Origin: Actinomycetes bacterium
GTDB taxonomy: Bacteria > Actinomycetota > Coriobacteriia > Coriobacteriales > JAEZZM01
Reading direction: 5' to 3'
NCBI GenBank assembly: GCA_023418575.1
Contig: JAEZZM010000044.1
Span: forward strand, 41,344-81,343
Length of the DNA stretch: 40,000 nucleotides
Below the pieces are notes generated by a model. The model did no database searches. It was not told where the DNA came from and saw only the letters and a list, made by a program, of their open reading frames with translations. How positions within the stretch are numbered: position 1 is the first letter of the stretch; every line of letters starts with the position of its first letter. Shown piece by piece: positions 27,079 to 35,774 of this stretch. The position numbers and the translations under genes were made by a program.

Positions 27079-28602
27079 TTAAGACTGCTCTTGGGTTCTG
27101 TGGCGTCTTCTTGCTCTACTCTTTTGCTTTGCTTGAACGCCCGTAGCATCCACAGTTTTTAAGGCTTCAGTCTTCTTTCGGCTTTGCCTTGCCAAAGAAG
27201 GCTCTAAGCCACCTCCATCTCCAGGACGCCTACGCTTTTTAGCTTGAGGACTTGGAGCAGCATGAGTCTCCTCGTGAATTGGCCTCGATTGAGGTTTTAC
27301 ACTTCTCCTACGCCTTGATCTTTCTTCTTCTAAAACAGAATCCTGAAGCAGAGTAGATACACGCTTAGTTCTACGCGGTCTTATCGCCTTATCTTCTTGG
27401 GAAATTCCTTTACTTCTTTTGGAATCTTGTTCATAATTTGGCTTTTCAAAGCCTTGTTTTGGCTTAGACCTGCGAGAATCCTGCACATGAGAATCTTGTG
27501 CAAGATAAGATCCCTGAGAACTTTTACGTCTCTTAATATCTTGACGATACTGCTCTTCTTTTTCATGTAAATCTTGAAGGGCTTTTTCAGTATCGATCTG
27601 TGATAATAAGACTTGTAAGACCTGGTCATCAAGTTGATCGAGAGCCTCACGACTTACCATATCAGGGCGCTGATACTGTTTATGCTGCTCTTGTCCATCT
27701 TCTTCTAGCTCATCACTAAGCTCTAGAAGCTCTAAACTTTTATGAGTAGCTGAACAAGAGCAGGAACAAGAAGAGCCACAAGATGACTGAGCGCCCTCTG
27801 AGCTCTTTGAGCAACACATGCTTTTAAGTGGAACATTAAATTGTTTTCCATTTTCAAGACGCAGAGTTAAAATCTCTCGCGGAGTATCAAAGCTTACAAG
27901 CTTTGCTGTACCCAAAGGTGTCTCAATAAGGGCGCCAAACTTGGGAGCTCTGCTCTTAAAGTCCTTATAGGCGATAAACTCATAGCGCAAACAACACATG
28001 AGCCTTCCGCAAGCGCCTGAAATCTTTGAGGGATTAAGGGGTAGGTCTTGCTCTTTAGCCATACGTATAGAGACGGGATCAAACTCTCTGCCAAAACGCT
28101 TGCAGCAAAGCTCTTGACCACAGTGCCCAAAGCCACCGATGAGGCGCGCCTCATCACGCACGCCAATTTGACGCATATCAACGCGCATTTTATATTGGGC
28201 TGCAAGTTCTTTTACTAAATCCCTAAAATCTATGCGATCATCCGCAGCAAAATAGCATACGATTTTCTCGCCATCAAAAAGATATTCGCAGGCCACAGGC
28301 TTCATGTCCAAGGCCATCTCTTCTACTGTCTCTTTGAAAATAGCAAGAGCCTCAGGAGTTTTTTGAGATAGCTCATCTGCATAATCTAGATCTTCTTGAG
28401 TAGCTATGCGCACTACCGGTTTTAAGGGTGCACGCAAGGTCTCTTCATTTACGTTAAAGGCTTCATCAACTGCAAGACCTATCTCTAGACCTCGCTCTGT
28501 TTCAACTATAAGATGGTCTCCCTTATGAACAGGAAAACCAAGGGGGTCAAACCATAGATCTATAGCTGCATATCTAAAGCGTACCGGCACAACTATGGGC
28601 AC
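27079..28602 (-). CDS. ricT: PSP1-domain protein (RicT/YaaT homolog) with a long basic C-terminal tail
   Basis: The N-terminal approximately 260 aa resemble YaaT/PSP1 (GHCGQELCCKRF, GACGRLMCCLRYE cysteine motifs). The tmk-holB-yaaT order is conserved. The start overlaps the holB end by 10 nt. Confidence 0.7.
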   Translation of the reverse strand: MPIVVPVRFRYAAIDLWFDPLGFPVHKGDHLIVETERGLEIGLAVDEAFNVNEETLRAPLKPVVRIATQEDLDYADELSQKTPEALAIFKETVEEMALDMKPVACEYLFDGEKIVCYFAADDRIDFRDLVKELAAQYKMRVDMRQIGVRDEARLIGGFGHCGQELCCKRFGREFDPVSIRMAKEQDLPLNPSKISGACGRLMCCLRYEFIAYKDFKSRAPKFGALIETPLGTAKLVSFDTPREILTLRLENGKQFNVPLKSMCCSKSSEGAQSSCGSSCSCSCSATHKSLELLELSDELEEDGQEQHKQYQRPDMVSREALDQLDDQVLQVLLSQIDTEKALQDLHEKEEQYRQDIKRRKSSQGSYLAQDSHVQDSRRSKPKQGFEKPNYEQDSKRSKGISQEDKAIRPRRTKRVSTLLQDSVLEEERSRRRRSVKPQSRPIHEETHAAPSPQAKKRRRPGDGGGLEPSLARQSRKKTEALKTVDATGVQAKQKSRARRRHRTQEQS

Positions 28603-29741
28603 GTCATTACCTCTCTCATCTCAAATAGTAATATATCAAAAGCAAGCCGAGGGCTAATTTGCATACTAAGCCTTTTCTTGCACTCCTCAATGCAAGAAAG
28701 AAGCTTGAGCAGCGAAGCTATTGAGCAGCCTACTTTGAGCTGTGAAATCAATGGAACTTGATCGCTGTTTATACAACAATAGTCCTGTAATTGTTTAAGC
28801 TTAAGCGTATCACTAATTACCAAGTAATAGGCGTTTAATATTTCAAATAACAAAAGCCTCTCTTGGGCGCCTAACTCTCGTTTATGGCGTGTTTGCAAAT
28901 CTTTGAGTGCTGTTTTAGATATAAAATCTGCATCTTTATCCTGCTCATCTTTTTGCTGTACTACTAGATCTTCTAAGACAGATGAGATTTCTTCAATCAG
29001 CTCTTGAGAAGATTTAAGCACCCTATAGTCAGCCATATCCTTAAGCTTTGATAAAACTTCAAGGGCGTGAAGTCTAAGCTCTTGCCTGGCCCTATCACGC
29101 AAAAATTCCTCTGCCTGCGAACAAGAACAAGCAGATAAAGCAAGAGCTAAGGCCGCTTGAGCTTCATCAACATTACAATGCTTGGCCAGATAATCTTGAG
29201 TCTGGCGCTGATCAAGACTCACAAAAGGAAGTACCTGACATCTAGAAATAATAGTAGGCAGCACCATATGCCTTGAACTTGCAAGCAATATAAAGCAGCA
29301 ATTTTCCTGAGGCTCTTCCAAAGTCTTTAAAAAAGCGTTAGCACAGGCTGGACTTAAAAGCTCTGCCTGTTCAAGCACATAGACCTTGCGTGCAGCACGA
29401 ATAGGTGCCTTTTGTGCATCATCAATTATCTCTCTTATTTGTTCAAGTAAGTATGACGATAAACCCTCAGCCTTATACCACTTGATATCAGGATGTGTCT
29501 GCTTTTGTGCACGCCTGCAGTCTTCGCACTGAGCGCAAGCTCCTTCACTACAAACAAGTGCTTGAGCAAAGGCTGCTGCAGTCTGTGCTTTTCCAGAACC
29601 TGGTGCTCCTAAAAAGAGATAGGCATGCGATATTCTATTTTGCTGCAAAGCTCTACACAAGCTTTGGTGCACACGCTCTTGTCCAGGGATCTTAGAAAAG
29701 AGTGCAGAGTTCACAGAAGCCGTGGTATTCATAGCTCTCAT
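28593..29741 (-). CDS. holB: DNA polymerase III delta-prime subunit
   Basis: It has the AAA+ clamp-loader motifs HAYLFLGAPGSGK and the ISRCQ (SRC) motif. It lies downstream of tmk. Confidence 0.8.
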   Translation of the reverse strand: MRAMNTTASVNSALFSKIPGQERVHQSLCRALQQNRISHAYLFLGAPGSGKAQTAAAFAQALVCSEGACAQCEDCRRAQKQTHPDIKWYKAEGLSSYLLEQIREIIDDAQKAPIRAARKVYVLEQAELLSPACANAFLKTLEEPQENCCFILLASSRHMVLPTIISRCQVLPFVSLDQRQTQDYLAKHCNVDEAQAALALALSACSCSQAEEFLRDRARQELRLHALEVLSKLKDMADYRVLKSSQELIEEISSVLEDLVVQQKDEQDKDADFISKTALKDLQTRHKRELGAQERLLLFEILNAYYLVISDTLKLKQLQDYCCINSDQVPLISQLKVGCSIASLLKLLSCIEECKKRLSMQISPRLAFDILLFEMREVMTCP

Positions 29742-29749
29742 GCTCCAGC

Positions 29750-30373
29750 TTAGTCAAGATATTGAGCGATATGAGCTTTAATCTGCTCAAATACAGCCTC
29801 AGGATCTGAAGAACTGGCATCAATACACTTAATGCGCTCTGGCTCTGTACGTGCTAAGTCAAGATAAGATGAGCGCACCTTCTTCATAAACTCAAGACCC
29901 TCTGCTTCAAGTCTATCAAGCTCATGACGCAGAGCTGTTCTCTTATAAGCAAGAGCAGGGTCAAGATCTAAAAGAAAGCTTATATCTGGCGCTGTTTTAT
30001 CGACAGCAAAAGCATTGAGGAGCTTAATTTCTTCAACACAAAGCCCTCTGCCTCCACCTTGATATGCCGTGCTTGAGTCATAAAAACGATCAGACAAAAT
30101 CCAAGTGGACTCTTTAAGCTTAGGTGCAATAAACTCCTCACAAAGCTGTGCGCGTGAAGCCTCATATAAGAGCAGCTCTGCGCGAGAAGACATTGCCTCT
30201 TCACGCTGGCGCAACAAAAGCTCGCGAATCTCTTCTCCCAGCTTAGTTCCACCTGGCTCACGGATGAGCTCTACAGCTATACCTTTAGACTCCAGATAGC
30301 TTTTAAGCAGCTTGATCTGCGTGCTTTTGCCGCTACCATCTATGCCTTCAAAACTAATGAAACGCCCACTCAC
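29750..30373 (-). CDS. tmk: Thymidylate (dTMP) kinase
   Basis: It has the FISFEGIDGSGKSTQ P-loop, the DRF/Y motif (SDRFYDSSTAYQG) and a 207-aa length. The GTG start follows GAGGAAAGAG. Confidence 0.9.
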   Translation of the reverse strand: MSGRFISFEGIDGSGKSTQIKLLKSYLESKGIAVELIREPGGTKLGEEIRELLLRQREEAMSSRAELLLYEASRAQLCEEFIAPKLKESTWILSDRFYDSSTAYQGGGRGLCVEEIKLLNAFAVDKTAPDISFLLDLDPALAYKRTALRHELDRLEAEGLEFMKKVRSSYLDLARTEPERIKCIDASSSDPEAVFEQIKAHIAQYLD

Positions 30374-30430
30374 TTGAGCTGCTCTTTCCTCAGATTAATC
30401 CAATACAAACCCAGCATCACTGCTACTCGC

Positions 30431-30488
30431 CGCCGTACGCCGCTACTTGCTGCTTGTCGCTCTCCGCCATACGCCGCTAACTGCTGCT
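30431..30488. repeat. Imperfect 24-nt direct repeat (21/24 identical) with a 34-bp period, in the topA-tmk intergenic region
   Basis: 30431..30454 is CGCCGTACGCCGCTACTTGCTGCT and 30465..30488 is CGCCATACGCCGCTAACTGCTGCT. This stretch is locally GC-rich relative to its surroundings. Confidence 0.8.
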
Positions 30489-30503
30489 CACCCCTGCTTG
30501 CCA

Positions 30504-33047
30504 CTACTTTTTTGTAGCCTTCTTGCTCCCACTAGACTTCCTGCTGGTAGAGCTAGTCTTTTTTGTGGCCGTCTTTTTTGTAGCAGCCGTCCTCGTCTTT
30601 TTAGTTGCGCTTTTATCGGCAGCCTTAGCAGGACAGTCCATGTTAACGCAGATGGTCCATACACCTTTTTCGCGTACCACATCAACAACGGGAGCTCCGC
30701 AATGCTCACAGGTTTTACCAGTAGCCTTTATCTCCCCACTTGGAGGAAGAGGATAGCTTACGCCACAATCCTCATAATGAGTGCAGCGTATAAAACGCTT
30801 GCCTGTAGTTTCAGACTTCATGGCCATCAAGCGACCATCAATGCCCTTCTTTGCGCACTCAGGACAGGGTCCCACATCAACAGGCTCCATGTAATTACTG
30901 GGGCACTTGGGATCAACACACATAATATAAGGCTTGCGTCTAAAGGGCTTGACTTTTATCTGTGGAGCACCACAGATGGGGCAAGGCTCCTCTACACGCT
31001 CTATGGGATCTTTGGGCAGTGGATAGGTTACATCACACTCAGGCCAAGCCGAGCAGCCAATAAAGCGTGACTTGGTTTTCATGGATGACTTTATCAACAA
31101 GTTTGATCCACATTTTGGACAGGCGCCTATGGTTGCATCAGCAGCAACAGCCTCTGCAATACCCTCACTCATATCCTCTGTATGTTCCAGAAGCACACTA
31201 ACAATGTCAGCCAAAAGAGAACGAGAGTGTCCTACCACCTCTGTATCAGAAAGTTTGCCTTCTGCAATGTTATTCATCTCTTCTTCAAGCTCAGCTGTCA
31301 TATTTGCCGTGGTGATGCGCGGAGCAAAGGTTTGCAGCGCCTCAATAATTGCGCGACCAAGTTGAGAGGGTTCTATGGGGTCATTTTTGATGTACTTTAC
31401 CTCATATAAACGCTCAATGATGCTGTGCCTGGTAGCCTTAGTTCCCAGGCCCGCTTTTTCCATCTCTTGAATAAGGCGACCTTGTGAATACCTGGGTGGA
31501 GGTTCAGTTTGCTTGTGCTCAAAATCAAGAGACAGCAAGTCAAGCCTATCCCCCTCTTTAAGCAGGGGCAGTACCTCATCTTTTTTCATTCCGTAAGGAT
31601 AAATAGCTCTAAAACCAGGCTCTACAAGCACATCTCCACTTGCCACAAAGGGCTCTGATGCAATATCAAGCTCAAGCTTGGTGCCCTCAATTGTGGCAGA
31701 TTGCCCAAGTGTTGCCAAAAAACGTCGAGCTACCAGATTGTATAACTTCCACTCCTCAGGCTTAAGGCGCTCTGGATCAGCAGCTGCAACTGGGTGAATA
31801 GGCGGATGATCGGTTGTTTCTTGCTTACCCCTAGTTGCTTTTATAGCGCCTTTTAGCAAGCCCTGACAGTACTGCGCATATAAAGGCTGCTTTTGTAAGG
31901 TTTTAACTATGGCCTTAAGGTCTAAACTCTGTGGATAAACAGTATTGTCAACACGTGGATAAGAAATTAAACCATCCATATATAAGGATTCCGCAATACG
32001 CATGGTGCGTGCTGGCGATAAACCCTCAGCTGAAGCTGCGGCCATAAGTGAAGTGGTGTTGAAAGGCGCTGGAGGGGCTTGTTTGCGCGACTTCTTTTCT
32101 ACCGAGACCACTTGAGCATGTGAGGCAGTCTCTAGTGCTTTATAGCTTGCCTGAGCTTCTTTTTCATCCTTAAAGCGCCCCTTGGCATGGCTGGCCTTAA
32201 ATTCAGTCTTATCTTCATTTTTAGAGCGCAAGAGCGCCTTAATCTGCCAGTAATCCTCTGGCACAAAGGCATCACGTTCAGCTTCTCGTGCACAAACCAA
32301 GGCCAATGTTGGCGTTTGAACACGACCAGCGGAGCGCACATCACCAAAAGCAGAGCGACGTGCAACAGATAAATAGCGCGTCAAAACAGCACCCCAAATA
32401 AGATCTATATAGCGCCTTGATTCTCCGGCAGCAGCAAGATCTGTATCAAGCTTGCATAAATTAGAAAAGGCTTGATCAATCTCGCCCTTTGTGAGCGCGG
32501 AATAGCGTGCTCGATACACAGGTGCATCTGCATTTACTTCTTGCACCATTTCCAGGGCATCTGAGCCAATAAGCTCACCTTCACGGTCAAAGTCAGTAGC
32601 AATGATGATCTTATCGGCCTTCTTAGCTAGATTTTTAAGAGCCCTGATAAGCTCTTTTTCTGCAGGCTGCTTAACTATAGGAGCCCAAACAAGGTAGGGC
32701 AAGGCATCCAAATTCCAGGATTTGAGCTTTACTCCATCGGCAGAAAATGCGCCTTTCTTTTTAAAGGGAGGACGCTCTAAGCTTGAAGGTAGCTCAGCAG
32801 GATAATCTTGTGGCTCATCAGCCAAGGTCCCCTTCCAACCCTTAGTTTTGCTGTAGGAAAGCTGGTCAGGAAAGGCTACTTTTAAAATATGACCGCGCAA
32901 ACCAATGCTAACCCAGTCTTCAGACTCATGCTGAAAACGGTAGCAGGGCGTTTTATAAACAGAATCAGCCTGTGGTTTTCCCACATCACACAAAAGCTTT
33001 GCGATCTTATCGGCCGCAATATTTTTCTCAGTAATAACTAAATTCAC
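30504..33047 (-). CDS. topA: Type IA DNA topoisomerase (annotated position of topA) with four C-terminal Zn-ribbons and a Lys-rich tail
   Basis: It has the Toprim motif DFDREGELIG, the active-site region GLISYPRVDN and C4 ribbons (CPKCGS...CSAWPEC; CPICGA; CPEC...CTHYEDC; CEHCGA). The tail reads KKTRTAATKKTATKKTSS...KKATKK. The GTG start overlaps the hypB stop by 1 nt. Confidence 0.85.
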   Translation of the reverse strand: MNLVITEKNIAADKIAKLLCDVGKPQADSVYKTPCYRFQHESEDWVSIGLRGHILKVAFPDQLSYSKTKGWKGTLADEPQDYPAELPSSLERPPFKKKGAFSADGVKLKSWNLDALPYLVWAPIVKQPAEKELIRALKNLAKKADKIIIATDFDREGELIGSDALEMVQEVNADAPVYRARYSALTKGEIDQAFSNLCKLDTDLAAAGESRRYIDLIWGAVLTRYLSVARRSAFGDVRSAGRVQTPTLALVCAREAERDAFVPEDYWQIKALLRSKNEDKTEFKASHAKGRFKDEKEAQASYKALETASHAQVVSVEKKSRKQAPPAPFNTTSLMAAASAEGLSPARTMRIAESLYMDGLISYPRVDNTVYPQSLDLKAIVKTLQKQPLYAQYCQGLLKGAIKATRGKQETTDHPPIHPVAAADPERLKPEEWKLYNLVARRFLATLGQSATIEGTKLELDIASEPFVASGDVLVEPGFRAIYPYGMKKDEVLPLLKEGDRLDLLSLDFEHKQTEPPPRYSQGRLIQEMEKAGLGTKATRHSIIERLYEVKYIKNDPIEPSQLGRAIIEALQTFAPRITTANMTAELEEEMNNIAEGKLSDTEVVGHSRSLLADIVSVLLEHTEDMSEGIAEAVAADATIGACPKCGSNLLIKSSMKTKSRFIGCSAWPECDVTYPLPKDPIERVEEPCPICGAPQIKVKPFRRKPYIMCVDPKCPSNYMEPVDVGPCPECAKKGIDGRLMAMKSETTGKRFIRCTHYEDCGVSYPLPPSGEIKATGKTCEHCGAPVVDVVREKGVWTICVNMDCPAKAADKSATKKTRTAATKKTATKKTSSTSRKSSGSKKATKK

Positions 33048-33721
33048 TAATGCTCAGCTGCTTTCTTTTTTGTCTCGATCTTTTCTGCAAGCCAGTTTGC
33101 AAGCTCGCTCACCCCATCAGTCTTGAGAGCTGAAATCTTAAAGATGGGGGCCTGCGGATTGAGTCTTTGCACCTCATCTTCAAAGGCCTGCATGTCAAAA
33201 TCAAAGGCAGGCAAGGTATCTATTTTATTGACGATAAGGGCGCGGGCTGCCTGGAAGACACCAGGATACTTAAGTGGCTTATCATCGCCCTCTGGAACAG
33301 ATAAAATCATACACTTAAGATCTTCGCCCAGATCAAAATCAACGGGGCATACAAGGTTTCCCACATTTTCTATGATGATAAGGTCAAGCTCATCAAGATC
33401 AAACTTAGTTAGAGCCTTTTTAATCATGTTAGACTCAAGATGGCATAGACCCCCGGTATTTATCTGTACCGCAGGGCAGCCGCTCTCCTTGATTGTTTGA
33501 GCATCAACATCACTGGCGATGTCTCCCTCAATAACGCCAATCTTATAACGCTCACCCAGCGCCTTAATTAGAGCAAGAATAGTAGTGGTTTTACCGGATC
33601 CTGGTGAAGATAAAAGGTCAACAACCAGGACAGCATGTGAGTCAAACAAATTTCTATTTTCAAGGGCAAGACGATCATTTGCCTCTAAAATTTTAGTTCC
33701 CACATCTAGGCTTGTACTCAC
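33047..33721 (-). CDS. hypB: Hydrogenase nickel-incorporation GTPase HypB
   Basis: It has the SPGSGKTT P-loop, ENVGNLVCP and a CH motif region (GGLCHLE). At 224 aa it has no His-rich N-terminal stretch. Confidence 0.9.
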   Translation of the reverse strand: MSTSLDVGTKILEANDRLALENRNLFDSHAVLVVDLLSSPGSGKTTTILALIKALGERYKIGVIEGDIASDVDAQTIKESGCPAVQINTGGLCHLESNMIKKALTKFDLDELDLIIIENVGNLVCPVDFDLGEDLKCMILSVPEGDDKPLKYPGVFQAARALIVNKIDTLPAFDFDMQAFEDEVQRLNPQAPIFKISALKTDGVSELANWLAEKIETKKKAAEH

Positions 33722-33724
33722 GTC

Positions 33725-34204
33725 TTAATCCTCCCTCTTGTTTTTTAAGTCTTCTTGAGAAGCTGGCTGCTGCTCTGCTGAGGGCACCCCTGCTGCCAGC
33801 TGCTCAGCCTCCAGGCTATCCTCTGTCGCCTGCACTCCATCCGCCTGCTTATCTTCCGGCATTTCAACCTCAAGTGAAGCAATTTCAAGCTCCCTGCCTG
33901 TAAGCAAGTTGGTAATCGCAGAATTACACTTGGGGCATCTAAGATCAAAGCGACTATGCTCAAAGTGATGATTACAATCTAAGCATACCGAGCTTGGAGA
34001 AATCTCAATGATTTCTAATTCTGAACCCTTTAAGAGGGGCTTGTCCTCTGTAAGCACCTCGTAGGCAAAGCGCAAGGAATCTTCTTGTGCTTCTACCATG
34101 CTGCCAATCTTAAGGCTCACTTTTAATACTTTGACAGCATGCGCCTGCACAGCAGAAGACTCTGCTACCTTTATCACGCCGTCAATAATTCCAAACTCAT
34201 GCAT
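33725..34204 (-). CDS. hypA: Hydrogenase nickel-insertion protein HypA with an approximately 45-aa acidic C-terminal extension
   Basis: It has the MHEFGI N-terminus (the MHE Ni site) and the Zn site CLDC...CPKC. Residues after about 115 are E/Q/A-rich. Confidence 0.85.
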   Translation of the reverse strand: MHEFGIIDGVIKVAESSAVQAHAVKVLKVSLKIGSMVEAQEDSLRFAYEVLTEDKPLLKGSELEIIEISPSSVCLDCNHHFEHSRFDLRCPKCNSAITNLLTGRELEIASLEVEMPEDKQADGVQATEDSLEAEQLAAGVPSAEQQPASQEDLKNKRED

Positions 34205-34209
34205 AGCTT

Positions 34210-34977
34210 TTAAGCCATATCTCTTAATTCATTTAAGGCTTGTTGCTTTATTCGTCTTGCCAACACAATTCGTGAAATAAACAGTGCTAGCTCATACAAT
34301 AAAACCATTGCCGCAAACATAAAGGCCATGGTCACTGGACTTGCATCGGGTGTAACCATAGCTGATAGCACCAAAAGTACCAAATATACTAAGCGCCAGT
34401 TCTTTCTAAAATACTTATAAGAAACGATGTTAAATACAATGAGATAAAACACAAGAAGTGGCAGCTCAAAGGCAATTCCAAAGGCCAATTCAAAAAGCAA
34501 GATTATACGAATATAATTTTCTGCAGTAGGCAGCACCCTGCCAATGGCGGCAGACTGATCTGTCATCCATTGAAAGGCCGGTCTTAAAATAATGCCATAA
34601 CAAAAGACTAAACCAAAGATAAATAAGATAATCCCCATGGTGATAGTGGGTACTACCCATTTTCTTTCTGAAGGCTTTAAAGCAGGAAGAAAAAAGGCCA
34701 TTATCTGCCAAATAATAAGCGGTGAACATACAATTACCGCAGCATATAAGGCCACTTTAAACCTAATTGAAAAACCGCTTAAGGGTGTAAGCAGGTTGAG
34801 TTGTCCATCCTGAGGCAAAAAGGGTGTAATGGGCGCCTTTAAGAATTCGATAAGAACGGGCGTGGCCATATATAGCACAATAGCTGAGGCAATAAGACAA
34901 ACCACTATGATCATAAGGCGTCTTCTAAGCTCACCCAGATGATCAAGAAGAGGCATGCGAGCAGGTCCTATGGGCAT
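34210..34977 (-). CDS. tatC: Twin-arginine translocase subunit TatC
   Basis: 255 aa with six TM segments. It has the LDHLGELRRRL N-terminal motif and FELPLLVF and TPDASP-type motifs. Confidence 0.9.
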   Translation of the reverse strand: MPIGPARMPLLDHLGELRRRLMIIVVCLIASAIVLYMATPVLIEFLKAPITPFLPQDGQLNLLTPLSGFSIRFKVALYAAVIVCSPLIIWQIMAFFLPALKPSERKWVVPTITMGIILFIFGLVFCYGIILRPAFQWMTDQSAAIGRVLPTAENYIRIILLFELAFGIAFELPLLVFYLIVFNIVSYKYFRKNWRLVYLVLLVLSAMVTPDASPVTMAFMFAAMVLLYELALFISRIVLARRIKQQALNELRDMA

Positions 34978-34979
34978 AC

Positions 34980-35666
34980 TTAGACCTCCTTATCATCTAG
35001 ATTGTAGAGTTTAGCCAGCCGTTGCTGCGCCAGACTAAGCTCATGGTCTTCCTGAGAGGAATCTTCTTGAACTGAATCTTGGGGACTCTGAACAGCCTTG
35101 CTTGTGTCTACAGCTTGAAGATCTCGCTGTGCTCGCTCTTTGGCAAGACGCGCTTTTTTCTCGGCAAAGCTCTCTTGCTTAACTGGCTCTTGAGCATCTT
35201 TGGATGTATCTTCTTTAATTTCTTGTTTCTTAAACTCAAAGAGCTCTGCTTGTAAGCTCGGTACTTGAGCCTCTTGTGGACCCAGCTCTTTATCAGTACT
35301 ATCTTTTGCAGCAGATGATTCTACTGTGCCCTCTAGCTTAGAGCTTGTCTCTTGCTTAGGGCTTGTCTCTTGTTTGCTGTCCTGATACGCCTTAGCCTTA
35401 CCAGCTTTGGGGTCTAAAAGCTTTGAGGGGTCTACCTCGTTTTTTAGATCAGTGAAAAGATTTTTTATCTCGCCAAGTGCCTCTTGATCTTTGCTAGGAT
35501 CATAGACCTCTTGCCTAATAACACGATTTACCTCTTCTTGAGCACTGCGAAACTGTCGCAGGGCGCGACCAAGGGTTCTACCCATTTGAGGCAGCTTATC
35601 AGGACCAAATACCAAAAAAGCAAAAAGCCCTATTATTGCAAGCTCTGTACCACCAATACCGAGCAC
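34980..35666 (-). CDS. tatA: TatA/TatB-family translocase subunit with a long charged C-terminal region
   Basis: The N-terminus GIGGTELAIIGLFAFLVFGPDKLPQMGRTLGRALRQFR is the TatA/B TM plus amphipathic helix signature (FGP motif). The GTG start follows GAGGGGG. Confidence 0.8.
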   Translation of the reverse strand: MLGIGGTELAIIGLFAFLVFGPDKLPQMGRTLGRALRQFRSAQEEVNRVIRQEVYDPSKDQEALGEIKNLFTDLKNEVDPSKLLDPKAGKAKAYQDSKQETSPKQETSSKLEGTVESSAAKDSTDKELGPQEAQVPSLQAELFEFKKQEIKEDTSKDAQEPVKQESFAEKKARLAKERAQRDLQAVDTSKAVQSPQDSVQEDSSQEDHELSLAQQRLAKLYNLDDKEV

Positions 35667-35694
35667 GCTTTATACCCCCTCAAGTAACACAAAG

Positions 35695-35742
35695 ACCTGC
35701 GGCAAGGCAACAAGTCTCATGAAGACTGCCAAAACCGCAGGT
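35695..35742 (-). other. Nested imperfect hairpin in the STAS-tatA intergenic region (possible weak terminator, processing site or leader structure)
   Basis: The outer 8-bp stem is ACCTGCGG / CCGCAGGT. The inner stems are GGC/GCC and AGTCT/AGACT around a CATGA loop. No strong U tract follows on the minus strand. Confidence 0.4.
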
Positions 35743-35774
35743 AATTTATTTATTACTACTAAGACTACCCTAAT

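Noticed and set aside
30447-31070. A 207-aa plus-strand ORF lies antisense to topA. Similar antisense or alternate-frame ORFs occur at 25004..25459, 11770..12237, 33123..33500, 5139..5405, 7360..7731, 9641..10146 and 25674..26036.
   Set aside because: Each lies entirely inside a minus-strand gene with strong family motifs. They lack an RBS, have biased low-complexity translations and show no recognisable domains. They are typical shadow ORFs.
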